Program-made: the position numbers and the translations under genes
Origin: Isurus oxyrinchus
Taxonomy: Eukaryota
Assembly: GCA_026770705.1 (NCBI GenBank)
Contig: JANJGN010000035.1
Span: forward strand, 13,578,001 to 13,642,000
Length of the DNA stretch: 64,000 nucleotides
Direction of reading: 5' to 3'
The notes under the pieces: generated by a model
Told to the model about the DNA's origin: nothing
The model's input: only the letters and a program-made list of their open reading frames with translations
Database searches by the model: none
In this document: piece by piece, positions 24,590-37,266 of the stretch
Layout of the letters: each line of letters starts with the position of its first letter
Position numbering within the stretch: the stretch's first letter is position 1

Positions 24590-25400
24590 AGCAGTCCATG
24601 TTCAAATGCAGCAATTCACGGACCTTGCCCAGGCTTGGGCTGACAAGTGGCCAATAACATTCCTGCCACACAAGAGTCGATCTCCAACAAGTGATAATCC
24701 AACCATCGCTCCTTGACATTCAATGGTATTACCATCACTAAATTCTTGACAATCAACATGCTGGAGGTTCCATTGTCCTGAAAGTGAATTCTACTAGCCG
24801 TATCAATATTGTGGCTACAAGAGCAGGTCAGAGGCTAGGCAGTCCGCGGCGTGTAACTCACTTGCCTACTCCCCAGAGTCTGTCTTTCATATACAACGCA
24901 CAAGTCAGGAGTGTAATGGAATACTCCCGTCAAGCCGGGATGAGTGCAGCTCCTGCAACACACAAGAAGAATGACACCAAACATATCAAATCAGGTCGCT
25001 TGATTGGCACCCCATCCACGAACATTCACTCTCTCCACACCGATGCACTACAGAAGCAGCATGTACCATCCAGTATTTGCATTGAAGGAATTCACCAAGG
25101 CCTTTAAGGCTGCCAAACCCACGAACACAACACTATAAATGGACAAAGGCAGCACGAAGATGGGAACCCTACCACCTGTAAGCTCCCCTCAACGTCAATC
25201 CCCATCCTGACATGGAAATATTACTGCCGTTCCATCACCGTTGCTGGATTTATTTCCTAAGGGCATAGCGGTTGTTCCTGCACCATATGGGCTGCAGCGG
25301 TTCAAGAAGGCAGGCCATCACCACATTCCCAAGGGGCAATTAGGGATGGACAATAGAGGCTGGCACAGCCAGCGATGCCCACATCCCATGAATGAACTTT
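24590..25400 (+). mobile_element. HER1/CR1-like LINE 3' fragment
   Basis: AWADKWPITF.PHK and RAGQRLG..RRVTHL..PQSLSFIYNAQVRSVMEYS; tail ends gcccacatcccatgaatgaa. Confidence 0.85.
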
Positions 25401-25969
25401 AAAAAAGGTGAGCATATTCTCCTACCTCTGGTTGTTCAATGACTGGTGTGTTTCACGTTCAAAGTTAATTTATCCGCATGCTTAATGCTGATCTCTTGTT
25501 TTGTAACTCAGATGTGTTGGACCATTTCCATAATTATCTGTCTCTGTTTCGCAAAGAGAAGGACCATAGCCAATCTTATTTCTTTATTTACTGACCCATC
25601 AACTTGCATGTAATGCAATGTAAATTTCCAACAATATCTTCGATTCACGTTGTTGAAGCGACATAATCCAAATTTTGCAGAATGAAAGGACTTCATTTAA
25701 TCCAATGTGCTGTGTAAGGCATCCCTTCATAAAGCAAATTCGACATTCATATTACGGAAAATGGAATTTAACTTAAGGACAAATATTTCAATGAAGATGT
25801 GATGTAATGTGAAGTTAAAAAAACCACGGGACACATTAGTTATCCTGATTCTTCTGCTTAAATGTACCTTCAAAACAAAGGACCTTGGGATTAGCGAACA
25901 AATGTCAAGCTGATAGCAGATGGTCACAAAGTAAACTAGATGCTAATCGATTGGAATGCATTTTTGTTA

Positions 25970-26280
25970 AAAGAAATCGTTCACGGAACGTAGGCTAGGT
26001 CAATATGTATTGCTCATCCCTTATTGACCTTGTTCAAAGGGCATTTAAGGATCAGCCATTTTGGGGACCTGGAGTAACATGTAGGCCAGAAGAGGTAAAT
26101 AACAGGGTTTACTTAACTTTTTGTGGTCACCAGCACACTTTGAGCTCCACTATTTTTTAACCACTAGCTTCTAATTCGAATTGCATTACTCACTAGTGCA
26201 GGATTTGATACTATATCACCAGGATATTTTTGCTTGTGCGAACCCACGGACAAAGCCACTATTCCACTACGACCTCTCTT
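25970..26280 (-). mobile_element. HE1-like SINE
   Basis: tattgctcatcccttattgacc...acatgtaggccaga...gcaggatttga...ccactac. Confidence 0.6.
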
Positions 26281-26479
26281 TCTTCTGTCCTACGGCCAAG
26301 AGTGAGTAAGGATGTTTCCTTCAGTTACCGGGAAGCATCACATTTAAATTTTCAACGAAAATTGTAATAGTCAGGCCAAAAATAACATCATGTGTGGTTG
26401 TGGAGGTAACTAGCTTATACCGTCACAAATTGCCATCCTGAGCAACGCTACCATACAGAGCGTGGCTTGTTTGCAATTA

Positions 26480-26740
26480 AATGAACAGTTAGCATGTTTA
26501 CGTCTGTGAAAGGGCCTTGTGATTTGCGAAGGGGACATGGCCGTTCTTCATGTGGATTATGGACACTGCCCTGGTTACAGAAAGCGTTCCGTCACCAGCC
26601 CATATATTTTTCTACAAGGCAGTCAACGTGAATGTCCAGTGAGAGGGAGGTTCCCACAGTCGTCATCAACAAGAGGGGAAACTAACTCAAGGACTCAGAT
26701 GTAAATCGAAATTCCGAGTGCAGGTATGTTACAGACATGT
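26480..26740 (-). pseudogene. Decayed Ig C2-type exon (CD4 D2-like)
   Basis: RLWEPPSH...*KNIWAGDGTLSVTRAVS in one frame. After a frameshift, CGG CCA TGT (26535-26543) sits where the WxC F-strand is expected. Confidence 0.45.
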
Positions 26741-26834
26741 ATCTTATCGTTTTACTCGTCAATCGGTCACAATTTCACCAGATAATGCTTTATTTTCAGG
26801 ATACTCCAGGCAAGTTCATATGGCCGATGCTTTA

Positions 26835-27005
26835 AGGGACATCAACAATTACCCTCTTAAGTTCAGTACTCCTCACCATTCCGAGGCAAATTACATATAT
26901 AATTCGGAAATCGTCGACACACTATCCGAGATGTAAAGCTTCTCTTCACAGCGTGGTTGGCCTTGTCTCAATTCCCTCACATGTTCCTCAAGGTGCATGT
27001 GCCCA
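26835..27005 (-). pseudogene. Decayed second half of an Ig V domain (CD4 D1b-like)
   Basis: Frameshifted LYISD..VDD..NYICNLPRNGEEY; NYIC at 26893-26904. Confidence 0.4.
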
Positions 27006-27771
27006 AACTATATTTTATGCAGAAGTTCTGTCCATCTCAGTAAATCCCACGGAAGAACTAATAATACCTAAGTGAAAAGATGCTCTAATAGGGGTGCCTC
27101 TAATGGGAGTTAGTTATGGCAATAACTATGTTGTAAGGCAACAGAGATTTCTTTTGTCCTTATGATACTGAAAAGATGATGAATTTATCAGCCGTTTAAA
27201 AAGCCAAGCAATCAGATCAGAATGTATGTTTTGGGAGGCCGTGTTCCTTTTGAAACCCTCTTACCTACAGTTGTTAACCAGGCCGATTTACAGCAGTTAA
27301 CCACGGATTGGAATTTTTGTGCCTAAATTCTGGAAGAGGAAATCCTTACTGCAACACAGCAGATAATCTACACATTTATTTTGCTATATCTCATTGCTTG
27401 GTGATCATTTTACAACACGTGGGAAGTGTTTTTTTTTGCGTCAATGATTGTTGCATCAGTTGCAAAAGGAAATCCTGCAGCTTATGAATACATTTTTTAC
27501 GTAAAGCAGAACAATGAGAGGAGTGCATTTATGAAATAAATAGAGGGAGGAAAGCCATTTGCAGGGAAAAATCATTGTGCTCGACGAACTGTATGACCTT
27601 GCCTGCTCTGATTATTTCCCAGAACTGAATATTAACAGAAGCAGATTTAGGACATATCTTAACCTCTATAATATCAAATGAAATTAGACATCAGAAGTCC
27701 ATCATTGCAATTATTTGTGTTTCTTCTACAATGCACAATGCAAAGTCAAATTGAATAGCCATACTGCTTAC

Positions 27772-27880
27772 GATTGGATTAGCATGATGACTCTTGCCAT
27801 TACCATTATCAGGCAAAGGGTGCAACCTCCAATGGAACATTTACTGGCTGCATTGCTAGTATAAATTGGACTCTCCTGGA
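27772..27880 (-). pseudogene. Decayed first half of an Ig V domain (CD4 D1a-like)
   Basis: GESNLY*QCSQ*MFHWR with Cys at 27850-27852 and Trp at 27829-27831; ends at donor GTAAGC (27766-27771). Confidence 0.4.
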
Positions 27881-27980
27881 AAATTTAGTTCTGTTGACTA
27901 ATGAGTAAAACATCAGAATCTTGATATCAGGTTCCTCCAAGATCAGGACGCATGTCAGGCAAGTGAACCAAAAGCACTTC

Positions 27981-28085
27981 GGAAATGAATGAATAAAATA
28001 AAAGCTATCGATTCACAAGAAATCCATTCTTCCGACTGGGAAAGACCATTTCTTTTGGAGGTGTCATGTCTTGGGTTCTATTGTA
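27981..28085 (-). pseudogene. Possible 5'UTR plus leader exon
   Basis: Acceptor ttcag at 28086-28090, ATG at 28027, frameshifted hydrophobic SIAFILFIHF; donor degenerate. Confidence 0.25.
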
Positions 28086-29239
28086 CTGAACTATCAAAAA
28101 CATCCACACGTGATTCGTGAAACAGTGATTGAAGGAAGCACAAACATTACTCACATGACATAAATGCCGGATTCACAATGTTACAACTTGCTTAACTGCC
28201 ACAAATTATATCAGTGCTTTCAGTAACATATCATTTATAATTCACAAAATTCCTTTAGCAACCTATGATATCATACGAAATGTTGCTAAGTCGTTACTAA
28301 GTGAAATGTTCGTAAGCTAAAATCTTTGAACTCTCCTATTTTCATTTAAAGTATATTTTGATCCAAGGTTTGAAACAGGGCTGAACCGCTGAGTACTGAA
28401 ACCGAATTGGACATTCACCAGATACACTCACAATCCGCTACAGCGGCAGACCTGGTGAGTTACCGGGGCTCCGGGATTCATTCAGCAGACAGAGAAGTAC
28501 CCAGCCAAGGAATTATGCAGGAACAAACAAATGTTCTGGCTGTAAGATTAATTCAATCTTTTAAATTGAAAATTCAATCCTTTTCAAATGGGTCAAAATG
28601 TTAAAATATAATGTTGTTCAGTCAATATACAATTAGCAAAATTGAGCTCTTGATTATCTGTAAGAGCATGAAGTAGTGCTAACTTTAATTCAATTCATTA
28701 TCTGCAGTAATATTGCGTATATAATTCCAATTTGAATACAATTCAAGAGTTATATAATTATATTTCACAGCTTTTTTTCAGGTCTGCCACGTGCCGTAGG
28801 CATCCCTAACAAGCGCTGTATTTAATGTTCATTTAAAATTATCCCTTTGACATAACTGACTTGGGCTTCCATCTCGAACCGTCACACGGTCTTTGGCGAT
28901 GATGCATCTAAACTTTTATCTGAGAAGGAGTGGATGATTCCGAGCCAGCGAAGCTGCGGGAAGGAACATTTATTTACAAGTGAAGGTGTTGTGTGATATA
29001 AATGGGCTCTTGAGGTTGTCACACTCCAAGACAGGCTGCCCCTTGCCATTCTCGGCGGTAAATGTTGCACCTTTGGTAGGTGCTGACAACAATGCATTGA
29101 TAGCTTTCCAGTGTGAACATTGAAAGGCGGAGCCCATAGCATTTTACCGTCCACCAGTGGTGGAGAGGGATTGTTTGAACAGATCCCGACTCGAAGTGTG
29201 AATGATGTGACTCAGGATTTTTTGGGAATTTGATCCATG

Positions 29240-30080
29240 AAGGCCACCCAGCCCGCTGCCCCTTCTACCTGCTGTTCCACGTCTTCTCCCTCACTCTCTA
29301 TCTACTCTCTCCATCTCCCCAATCCCTACCACTCTTTCTGTCACTCCCTCGGTATTACGCTTCAATACATTTTCTTTCTCTCTCTCTCTCGTTCTCTATC
29401 TCTCTCTCTCTGTCTTTCTTTTCGTGTATTAATCCAGGGCGTTTTATGCGAACTGTTCTCTAATCAACCTTTTATTTTCCCTTTTCTCCTCTTCCTCCAC
29501 TTCTGCTTATATCTTCCTCCGCATTCCCCATCTATCTCCACTCTCTCCCCTTCTCTCCAACCTGCCCACAATCCACTCACTCCCTATCCCTATCTGTTAT
29601 ATCCCACTCCCAGATCTCTCTCTCTCCCCCTGATAATCTCATTTCCTTATCTCCCCCACGCATTGCCAGCTCCCGCTATTACATTCTATCTCTCCGCCCC
29701 CCCCCCACCCATTGTTTTTCCCATCTGCCCACCACAATCTCTACCACCCAACCCCTCCCCTGCCCTCTCCCTCTCTGTCTCTTCTTCCCGAAATCCAGCA
29801 CCAAAAGCCACCACCCACTATCTTATTCTCTCGCTCTCTCTATTTCTGTCTCTCGCTGTCTGCTTGGCTATCTCTCTGCTTCACTCTCTCTACATCCATA
29901 TACCCCTCCCCAACCCTCTCTGTCGCTTTCTCTTCGATCACCCAAACCCCCCTCCTATCTACCCCTCCTTCTATCTCTCTCCACCTCTATCTCTCCCAAA
30001 ACCACAATCTCCTACTCGCTTTCTTTCTCTATCTTGCACTCTGCTTCCCTCATTCTCCCAGTCTATCTCCCTCTCTCTTT
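29240..30080 (+). repeat. CT-rich polypyrimidine low-complexity tract
   Basis: Degenerate (CT)n/(CTAT)n; explains ORFs 29237-30082 and 29712-30137. Confidence 0.85.
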
Positions 30081-30849
30081 AACAAGCAGTTATGTTTTAT
30101 TGGGTTTGATATGTTTTTTCCATTGTGCACATTGTAGAGTATCCTATTTTTTGGTCACTCAGATGGTCCTGGGAATGTTGTTTATTCTCTATTGGATCAT
30201 TCTCTATTGCACAACAATAGATCTGAACAGAGTGCCCTTATCTGGAATGTGCAGAAAACACTGGGTGTGTGGTCCGTCAGGAAGTTTCAGGTTAAGCTCT
30301 CTAGAAAGAAAGAGATGGATAGAGTTGAACTTATGAGATAGCTGAATAGTGTTCTTGTTTTCTTGCAACAAAGGACAAATGATTGATTTTCAATGCTGTC
30401 CATTCAGAAATTATCGCCAATCTTTAGCCTGCACTTCTAGAATTTCGTTAATCACCGTTGGTGCTTTGAAGGACATTTGAATATACACCACTTGGTCAAC
30501 TTAGAAGGAACATGGCACTCTTCTTATACCAAATGCCATCCTACAAAACTGCATGGAAATTAATTTACAATACGGGAGTTCATATGTATTTCTGCCTTTC
30601 TCTACTTCTACCGCAGTCTCCCTCAGTTTTAAATGCAATCACTAAATCTTATTCATCCATAGTCTATGAAACTGTGCTTCCAAGAGGCCACGTCCAAATC
30701 GATTCTGTCATTGTCAAAGTAAATCCTGCACCTTGCCAATTTATTTCCCTTACATGATATCATAAATCTCTCTGCTCCTCATTGCTACTGACTTCCCACT
30801 GGCTGGAAAATGTTTGTTGCATCATTTTAGATCCGGAATGAATGTCCCC

Positions 30850-31100
30850 TACCATGACAAGCAGTCAATGCCCCATATCGTATTCTCATCTAGACAATCA
30901 TGCTGCGTTGGAAGGTGTTGCTGTGTTGATGGCACAATACCAGCTCAAGATGTTTTTTGCTGCTTGCAACATTCAGCTCTCGTCCACATTTCTCATTGCT
31001 CCCATAACTTAGCAAAGTCAGGAAAGTTATATATATATGGCACCCTAACCCTTGAACTAACCCTCGAAAAAAACTGGGAGAAGCTGGCATCCCAACACAG
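30850..31100 (-). pseudogene. Possible decayed Ig exon (LAG-3 D4-like)
   Basis: GLVQGLGCHIYITFLTLLSYGSNEKCGRELNVASSKKHLELV; supported mainly by its position after the D3-like remnant. Confidence 0.2.
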
Positions 31101-31169
31101 TTTGTTTGGAGATAACAATGTACAAAGCACGTGAATAATCCAGCAGGAAAAAAAAAGAAGGGAGTCATA

Positions 31170-31460
31170 GTTTAAGAGATTGGTATCATTATATACATGA
31201 CGTATCAAGTTAAATGGATATTCATACTTTTCTTTCCAGTTTATCCTTTGTGGGAGCCTGGGGTACTTTCTAGACTTGCAACCAAATTCACATCTTGTGA
31301 CTATATCCATATTGGAATTCGTTGAAACAAAAAAACTCCATTGCAGGAGCACTGTTTTAACGTTAAATTCTCTACCAGCTGATTTAGCGTGGAATCGAAA
31401 AGTAGCCCTGATGCTACAATGTTCACTGAGAAGGTAGCTCTGGGGATGGGCTAGACCCTG
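31170..31460 (-). pseudogene. Decayed Ig V-type exon (LAG-3 D3-like)
   Basis: Within ORF 30993-31514: cag|GLAHPQ...REFNVKTVLLQWSF...QRINW...FNLIRHVYNDT, giving a C-strand W, a D-strand R and an E/F-strand-like LIxxVxxxDT. Confidence 0.45.
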
Positions 31461-31754
31461 TACTGTGTTATCGTGTAAAACAAGTGATAGTGAACTGGCA
31501 ACCCCGTTTAACACTTCTTCAATTTCATATCAATAAAGGTGAACAGTGAAAAGCAGAGAAGCAGGTTAAATATCGATGGAACCACAATTGAATTCTCTGT
31601 GCACAGTTATGGGCAGGAGTGTATAGACGCATCGGGGCAAGTGATCCAAAGGCTGACAGGGGAACTAATTATTCGATTCAAGATTTATTAACAAGTATTT
31701 AAACGGCCAAAGTTTGACCAATGCCGTGCACACAAATTAAACTGCTTCTTTAGA

Positions 31755-32064
31755 AAAAAATGATTGCAAATTGCATTGAGTGGAATTTTCTATGGCTTTG
31801 GCTGAGAGCCCCGAATGTATCATCAGCCAAGCATCCAATGGCTTTGTGTGAAGTATCACGACGGACAGATATCAAACTGAATTACTGCTTTCTCTCCGAA
31901 AGTATGGGCGTCTCTGGTGGCGAACTTAACGACTGTCGTTGTGTTCCCATTTCATTACGACTTGGCCCAGACCCAGATTATGTGCTTCCGGAAGCGTCGG
32001 AGGTCATTGCACAGTACCTGTGAGTACAGAACGAATTCTTCACATACGGCCGAATTATACGAAA
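31755..32064 (-). pseudogene. Decayed Ig C2-type exon (LAG-3 D2-like)
   Basis: Acceptor ctttttcag|; QVVMKWEHNDSR*V...YLSVVILHTKPLDAW...STQCNLQ in one frame with stops; W at 31947-31949. Confidence 0.45.
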
Positions 32065-33059
32065 CTGAAAAAGCAGCTCCAGCGGCTGTTCGCTTTTTTT
32101 TATGTAGACTTGGTGAGACTGGACACTACTGAAGGGGTTTGCTCCCGTGTTACTTTCTCAGACTAAACTTCTTCCACCAAGCCAACTCAATCTAGCAATG
32201 GACGTAAAACATGTTGCTTTTGTTTGACACTCAGAACCTCGTGAAACATCCGCAGCTGCTTCACAGGAGTGTTACCAGCCAAAACTCACACCTAGACAAA
32301 GGGGGTGATAGAAGTTAGGAAGCAAATAAACTTGTTTTTTTAAATGGGCTGGAGGAGCAGCTTAGTGTGCATGACTACTGAGCAGACTGGTGCAAGATAA
32401 CATGTTGGCAGCGGTGTTTTTTTTTATTCAAATGTAGGGAAGCGTGAAATCTAGCAGGCGAGGCAAGCGAGCATGGGAATTGTCAGAATCCGGAACCCAG
32501 GTACTGCTGAGACTATTTCTGCCCAGCTACTAATCGTCACAAAATTCCTACAAAAACAAATTGGACTTGCCAAGCACACCAAGCCTAAAGATCCAACCCG
32601 CGACAACGCTGCTACCAACCCACCCCCCCCACATCCCCGCCCCCCCCCGCCTACCCACAACCCCCCCCCCCACCCCCCTTCCGCGATATTACACAGCCTT
32701 TTGCTCATGGTAACCCCATATTTCGCGTTTTGGATTCACCCAACAAGTGGATAATGCATTCCCTAGCGTCTACCTGCTGAAATCACTACTTATCTGTAAA
32801 CAGCTCTCTCGTATTCACTGCTCAGACTTTGGTTAACTAGTGCAAAGGCTCAGGACTGCTCACCTGTATGCACTGTCAAATCCCTTCTTCAGAATCCCCA
32901 AAACAAGCTTGAACTTCCAACTCATGTTTGTTTTTTTTTCCACCAAGGGGACTTTATATATGGATGATATCAGCGTGGATGTAAATTGAGCACTGTCAGA
33001 AGACTGCTGGGTTGGAAGCTCGAATTATCCACTGTATTACTTTTAATTTATCTACTCTC

Positions 33060-33460
33060 CAGTCTACTCATTGCCAATGCGACCATCAAGTATCCCGCCA
33101 TCTGAGACACTGAGGGAGCAGGAGAAAAATGACGCCCATATATCTCAATTTCCATGGAGGTCCATTCGATGGCAAGTGGCGAAAGTTGCCTTCCAATAGT
33201 TTGTTGCCGCAGATCAATGCCCCATCCCATCTGCTTACTTTCCCCAGGTGTGACTATATTCACTGCCCATTAATCCGGGAGAAGTCTTATTATGAATTGT
33301 GCTGTCACACTGGGCAGGATACTCCTCGTGGCCAGAAGTCCTTTTGCTTATGTCCAATTGTGCTTAACATGTTGTTGCCACTGATGGACATGGATATTAT
33401 TTTAAGTTCCTAGTCGTCCTCTGGTTCCTAGTGCTGTTGGTAATATCCATATCAATTGCT
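33060..33460 (-). mobile_element. HER1/CR1-like LINE internal fragment
   Basis: ttgttgccgcagatcaatgccccatccc...tgtgactatattcactgcc, recalled as typical of this family. Confidence 0.45.
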
Positions 33461-33659
33461 GTTTCCTTTTGCGTATGGGACGTGCTGGGCAGAAATTTGA
33501 AAATTAAAGCTCATAAGGTAGGTAATTACACGGGACCAGATAATTCTAGGGGTTGATCTGAAGGGAAAAAAAAGTGACTTGAATCTCCTCAGCACATTTG
33601 CTGACCATTAGAAAGCGTCTTACAAGGAGAGAAATCATCTCTTTTCAATATGAATGTGA

Positions 33660-34390
33660 GGATCGCTAGCTGATATTTCATGGGTGTTGGTCAAGAGATC
33701 TGAGATTCAGAGGGAACTGGGTGTTACAGTGCAGGAATCACACAATTATTGTGTGCAGGTACAGCAAGTGCTTAGGAAAACTAGTAGAATGTTGTAAATT
33801 ATTGTGAGGGGGATTGAATACAAAAGCAGTGAGATTATGTTTCCCTTCTACAGAGCACTGTTGAGAACACATTTTGAGTACAGTAATGGCACCTTTAGTC
33901 AAGAAAGATGTAAAAGGATTAGAATGAGTTCAGAAAAGATTTACAAGACTAACATCAGGAATGGGCAGGTTATTTTAAAAGGAAAGGTTGGATCAATTAG
34001 ACTATTATGCAATGGAATGTAGAACAGAAAGAGGTAAATTTATGAAACATATGTGATCCTGAGGGAAATGGATAGGATGTAGGCGGAGATGACGTTTCCT
34101 CTTGTGGGAGAGTCTAATACAAGGGATCAGTGTTTAAAATAAAGGTGTTACTCCTTTGAGTCAGAGAGTGGTGAGATTTCAGAACCCCCGTCCTGAAAAG
34201 GTAGTGGAAGCAGGTTTTTTTGAATATTTTTAAGGCAGAGGTAGATATATTCTTCATTAACAAGGGTTTAAATGTTATCAGGCGTCGACGAGTGGGACTG
34301 ACGTATCAGTCAAATTAGCCATGGTCTTGTTGAATGGAGAAACAGGCTCGAGGTTCCAGCTGGCCGACTCCTCCTCCTTGTTTGTATGTT
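33660..34390 (+). mobile_element. CR1 LINE 3' fragment
   Basis: RGIEYKSSEIMFPFYRALLRTHFEY; tail ends ctcctccttgtttgtatgtttgta. Confidence 0.85.
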
Positions 34391-34429
34391 TGTAATGTCA
34401 AAAGCACAAAAGCAAGATTAAAGTGTTAA

Positions 34430-34810
34430 CTAGTTATGGAATGGTCGATGTGATATGAAGCTGTGGGTGGAGTTGGGGGATGAATGCTTTTCAGATGCTA
34501 GCGTGTTCCCAAGGGTCACGTTTGGATCAGTTACACTCTCCAAACTTCTATAAACAAACAAGGTAATGGTGCAAGGCGAAACATGATAAAGTTTGCGAAT
34601 GGAATAAAACATGCTAATTCAGTACATATTGGTGAGTGGGGTTGTTGACTCCAGATGGCATAGGGAGAATATCGAAATGGGCAGAAACTTGGTAGATGGA
34701 GCTGAATGCTGGCATGAATAATGTTTGAAAAGGCGAATATGGCAGGAACAACTTGAATTTACATTCTGAGCAGAAGAGTTGAGAAGAACGGTCTTTCTTT
34801 TCACAAAGAC
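34430..34810 (+). mobile_element. CR1 RT core fragment
   Basis: gtgttcccaagggtca (GVPQGS-like), aagtttgcgaatgga (KFADD-like), gaaatgggcagaaacttggtagatgga. Confidence 0.6.
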
Positions 34811-34819
34811 CAATCATAT

Positions 34820-35150
34820 ATTTTTTATTCGTTCATGGGATGTGGTCGTCCTACGTTTGGGGTCAGTATTTGTTTTCACACTCCTGGTCAGAGAGTTTTT
34901 AAGAGACAACCACATGTAGGCCAGACCAGGTAATGACGGCTTATTTCCTTCCCTAAAGGACTTAGTGAATCATACGGGGCTTTAAAAAAATCAGCAATGG
35001 TTGCGCCATCCTCATCAGCAGAATTTTCATTCCTGACTTTCACTGAATTCGAATTAACCATCTGCCATGCAGAATCCGGGTACACAGAGCATTACCCTGG
35101 GTCTTTGTAATAATAATCATTGACAATATCACTATGTCACTGCCTCTAAA
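34820..35150 (-). mobile_element. HE1-like SINE, near full length
   Basis: Tail attcgttcatgggatgtgg; minus-strand head gaggcagtgacatagtgatattgtca...agacccagggtaatgctc. Confidence 0.75.
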
Positions 35151-36359
35151 TTGAGTTATACAGTCTGAAATCAGCTGGATGTGCGCGAATTTTATAAATC
35201 ACTGGTTGAGTCAGCTGGAGTGTTTGTGGACAATTCCTCACACGATACTCTTTTAATATATAATAGCTTTAAAAGTGGTACAGGGGAAGTGTCCAAGCTT
35301 TTACACAGGAAATTGAAATCAGCTGCAAGGAGATGTTAAGTTATTGCAAAGTCGCTCCTAATTGGCAGAAGAATGTTTACGAAGTGACTTTCTAAAGCTT
35401 TTGAAGTTGATATGAGACAGCGAACGGCAGCTCCCTCTAACGATTGGGCGGTCAGCCAAGGGGCAGAAATTAAATTCATTGCAAGTCGTTTGAGAGGAAA
35501 TAAAGCTCATTAATTTCTCACACGGTTGCCTTAATCTGGGACGTTGTACTTGAATAAGACAAAAAAGTGTCTCTGGAAATTGCTTAGAGAAATAATTTTA
35601 AACAGAAAGCGGGCAACTCGTTGAGAATGAAAAATTGCCAGGCTTCCGAAGATAAAGGTTGGGGGGCAGATGTGGGACACAGCATCACTGTGCTCCTTCA
35701 ACAGGACAGCACGTGGAGGATGGAAAGATGTACTGTCGATCTTGCAGCCAACCCTCACGTAGGGCAGTAGGTAGAGGACAATAGGGTACTTTCCGGGCCA
35801 ATACAAGGCTTTATGTCATTTCTTAACAGTAACATTGTGTCATGAGACATCTGGTAGCCAGTGTTATTTGTGGGGAGATGTAATGTCTTCCTGGGATACC
35901 TAGATTCCCACCTAAATTCCGGCTCCGGTCGGTTCAATTTCAGGCTAGGCAGGTGATATAATTGCTTCTTATTCACATCATGACCCTTTTATTTTAGTTT
36001 ATAATAAAATTCCTGCTTTGTTAGCATCAATGTTAGTTTAAATAATTTAACTAGTATGTGGAACGTTTACATCTGGGCTCGGGACGTGGCATAGATTTCA
36101 CTAGTTTATTGAGTTACGTTTATTTTTGACTTAGGTCGGATGGCTAACAGCACCCTTGGTTTATTCCAATATTTGGGAAAATGGTGTTCACTTCTCTAAG
36201 AGAATATCATATATAGATGGATTCATATATATAACATCATAGGCACATACAGACATATATTATATAAATACTCGCTAAATTAATAAATTTTCAGAAATGC
36301 CTTTCATTCTCAAAATAAATCACCACCAACTGAATGACTTCCCTTGTTCGCAAATAGGA

Positions 36360-37100
36360 AGTAAGTGGACCAGAAAGACCTAAATGTGCATATCCATAGA
36401 TCCTTGAAGGCAAGCAGCACTGGTACATTAGGCAATTATGACGGCAAATGAGATACTTGCTTTTATTGATGGGGAATAGATTATAACAGCATTATGTTGG
36501 AGTTGTGCGGAAGGCCAATTGGGCTGCATCTGGCATACTGTGTGCAATTCTCATCGCCACAGTATAGGAAGGATGTGATTACACTCTCCAGTGAGCAGTG
36601 GATATTGACCGGGATGTGCTCTGGGCTGGAGCATTTCAGCTATGAAGTGAGACTGGAACAGGCTGATTTGGAATTCCTTAGAGCAGAGAAGACTGAGAGG
36701 GGACCTGAAAGAGGTTATAAAAATTATGAGGGGCACAGGTAGGGCAGATGGGAAAAAGCTTTTCCCCTTGGAGAAGGTGCCAATAACATTCGGGCATTGA
36801 TGTAATCTCAGTGGCAGGGGCTTTAAAGGAGATTTGAGGATTTTTTTTTCACCCTGAGTGGGGTGGGGCGGGTGGGGGGAGGGGGGCTACACTGTACTCA
36901 CTGCCTGAGGGGGTTGTAGAGGCAGGTACGCTCACAATACTTCATAAGTGTTTAAAATAGCATTTGAAATGCCATAGCCCACAGTCTTACGGGCTAACTG
37001 TTGTTTTTTGGGATTAGAATAGATAGATACTTGATGGCCCACAAGGACATGATGGGTCAAATTGACATTTTCTGTCCTGTATAGCTCTATGGCTCTATGA
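36360..37100 (+). mobile_element. CR1 LINE 3' fragment
   Basis: LAYCVQFSSPQYRKDV...GLEHFSYEVRLE; tail ends ctctatggctctatga. Confidence 0.85.
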
Positions 37101-37146
37101 ATGATTCTGTTCACTGTTTTGATGTCAAATACGTTTTCTTTCACAG

Positions 37147-37266
37147 CCACTCTTCAGCACATCAGCTCTCAAACACCTGTACCCCACGGCTGGGATTGTC
37201 GCGATGTGCCGCTGCCTGCTCCGCTCTAATCCACTGTTCATTGGCACAGCTGTAGATTCAGCACGA
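37147..37266 (+). pseudogene. Candidate 120-nt exon, possibly a decayed leader exon
   Basis: ttttctttcacag|...ATG TGC CGC TGC CTG CTC...CACGA|gtaagt; consensus splice sites at both ends. Confidence 0.3.

Noticed and set aside
29237-30082. Longest ORF (281 aa) as a protein-coding gene
   Set aside because: Leu/Ser/Pro-rich product of a CT-rich tract that is stop-poor by composition.
31880-31945. AHTFGEKAVIQFDIC as a retroviral env fragment
   Set aside because: Too short and without LTR/pol context; another frame gives a more coherent Ig-like reading.
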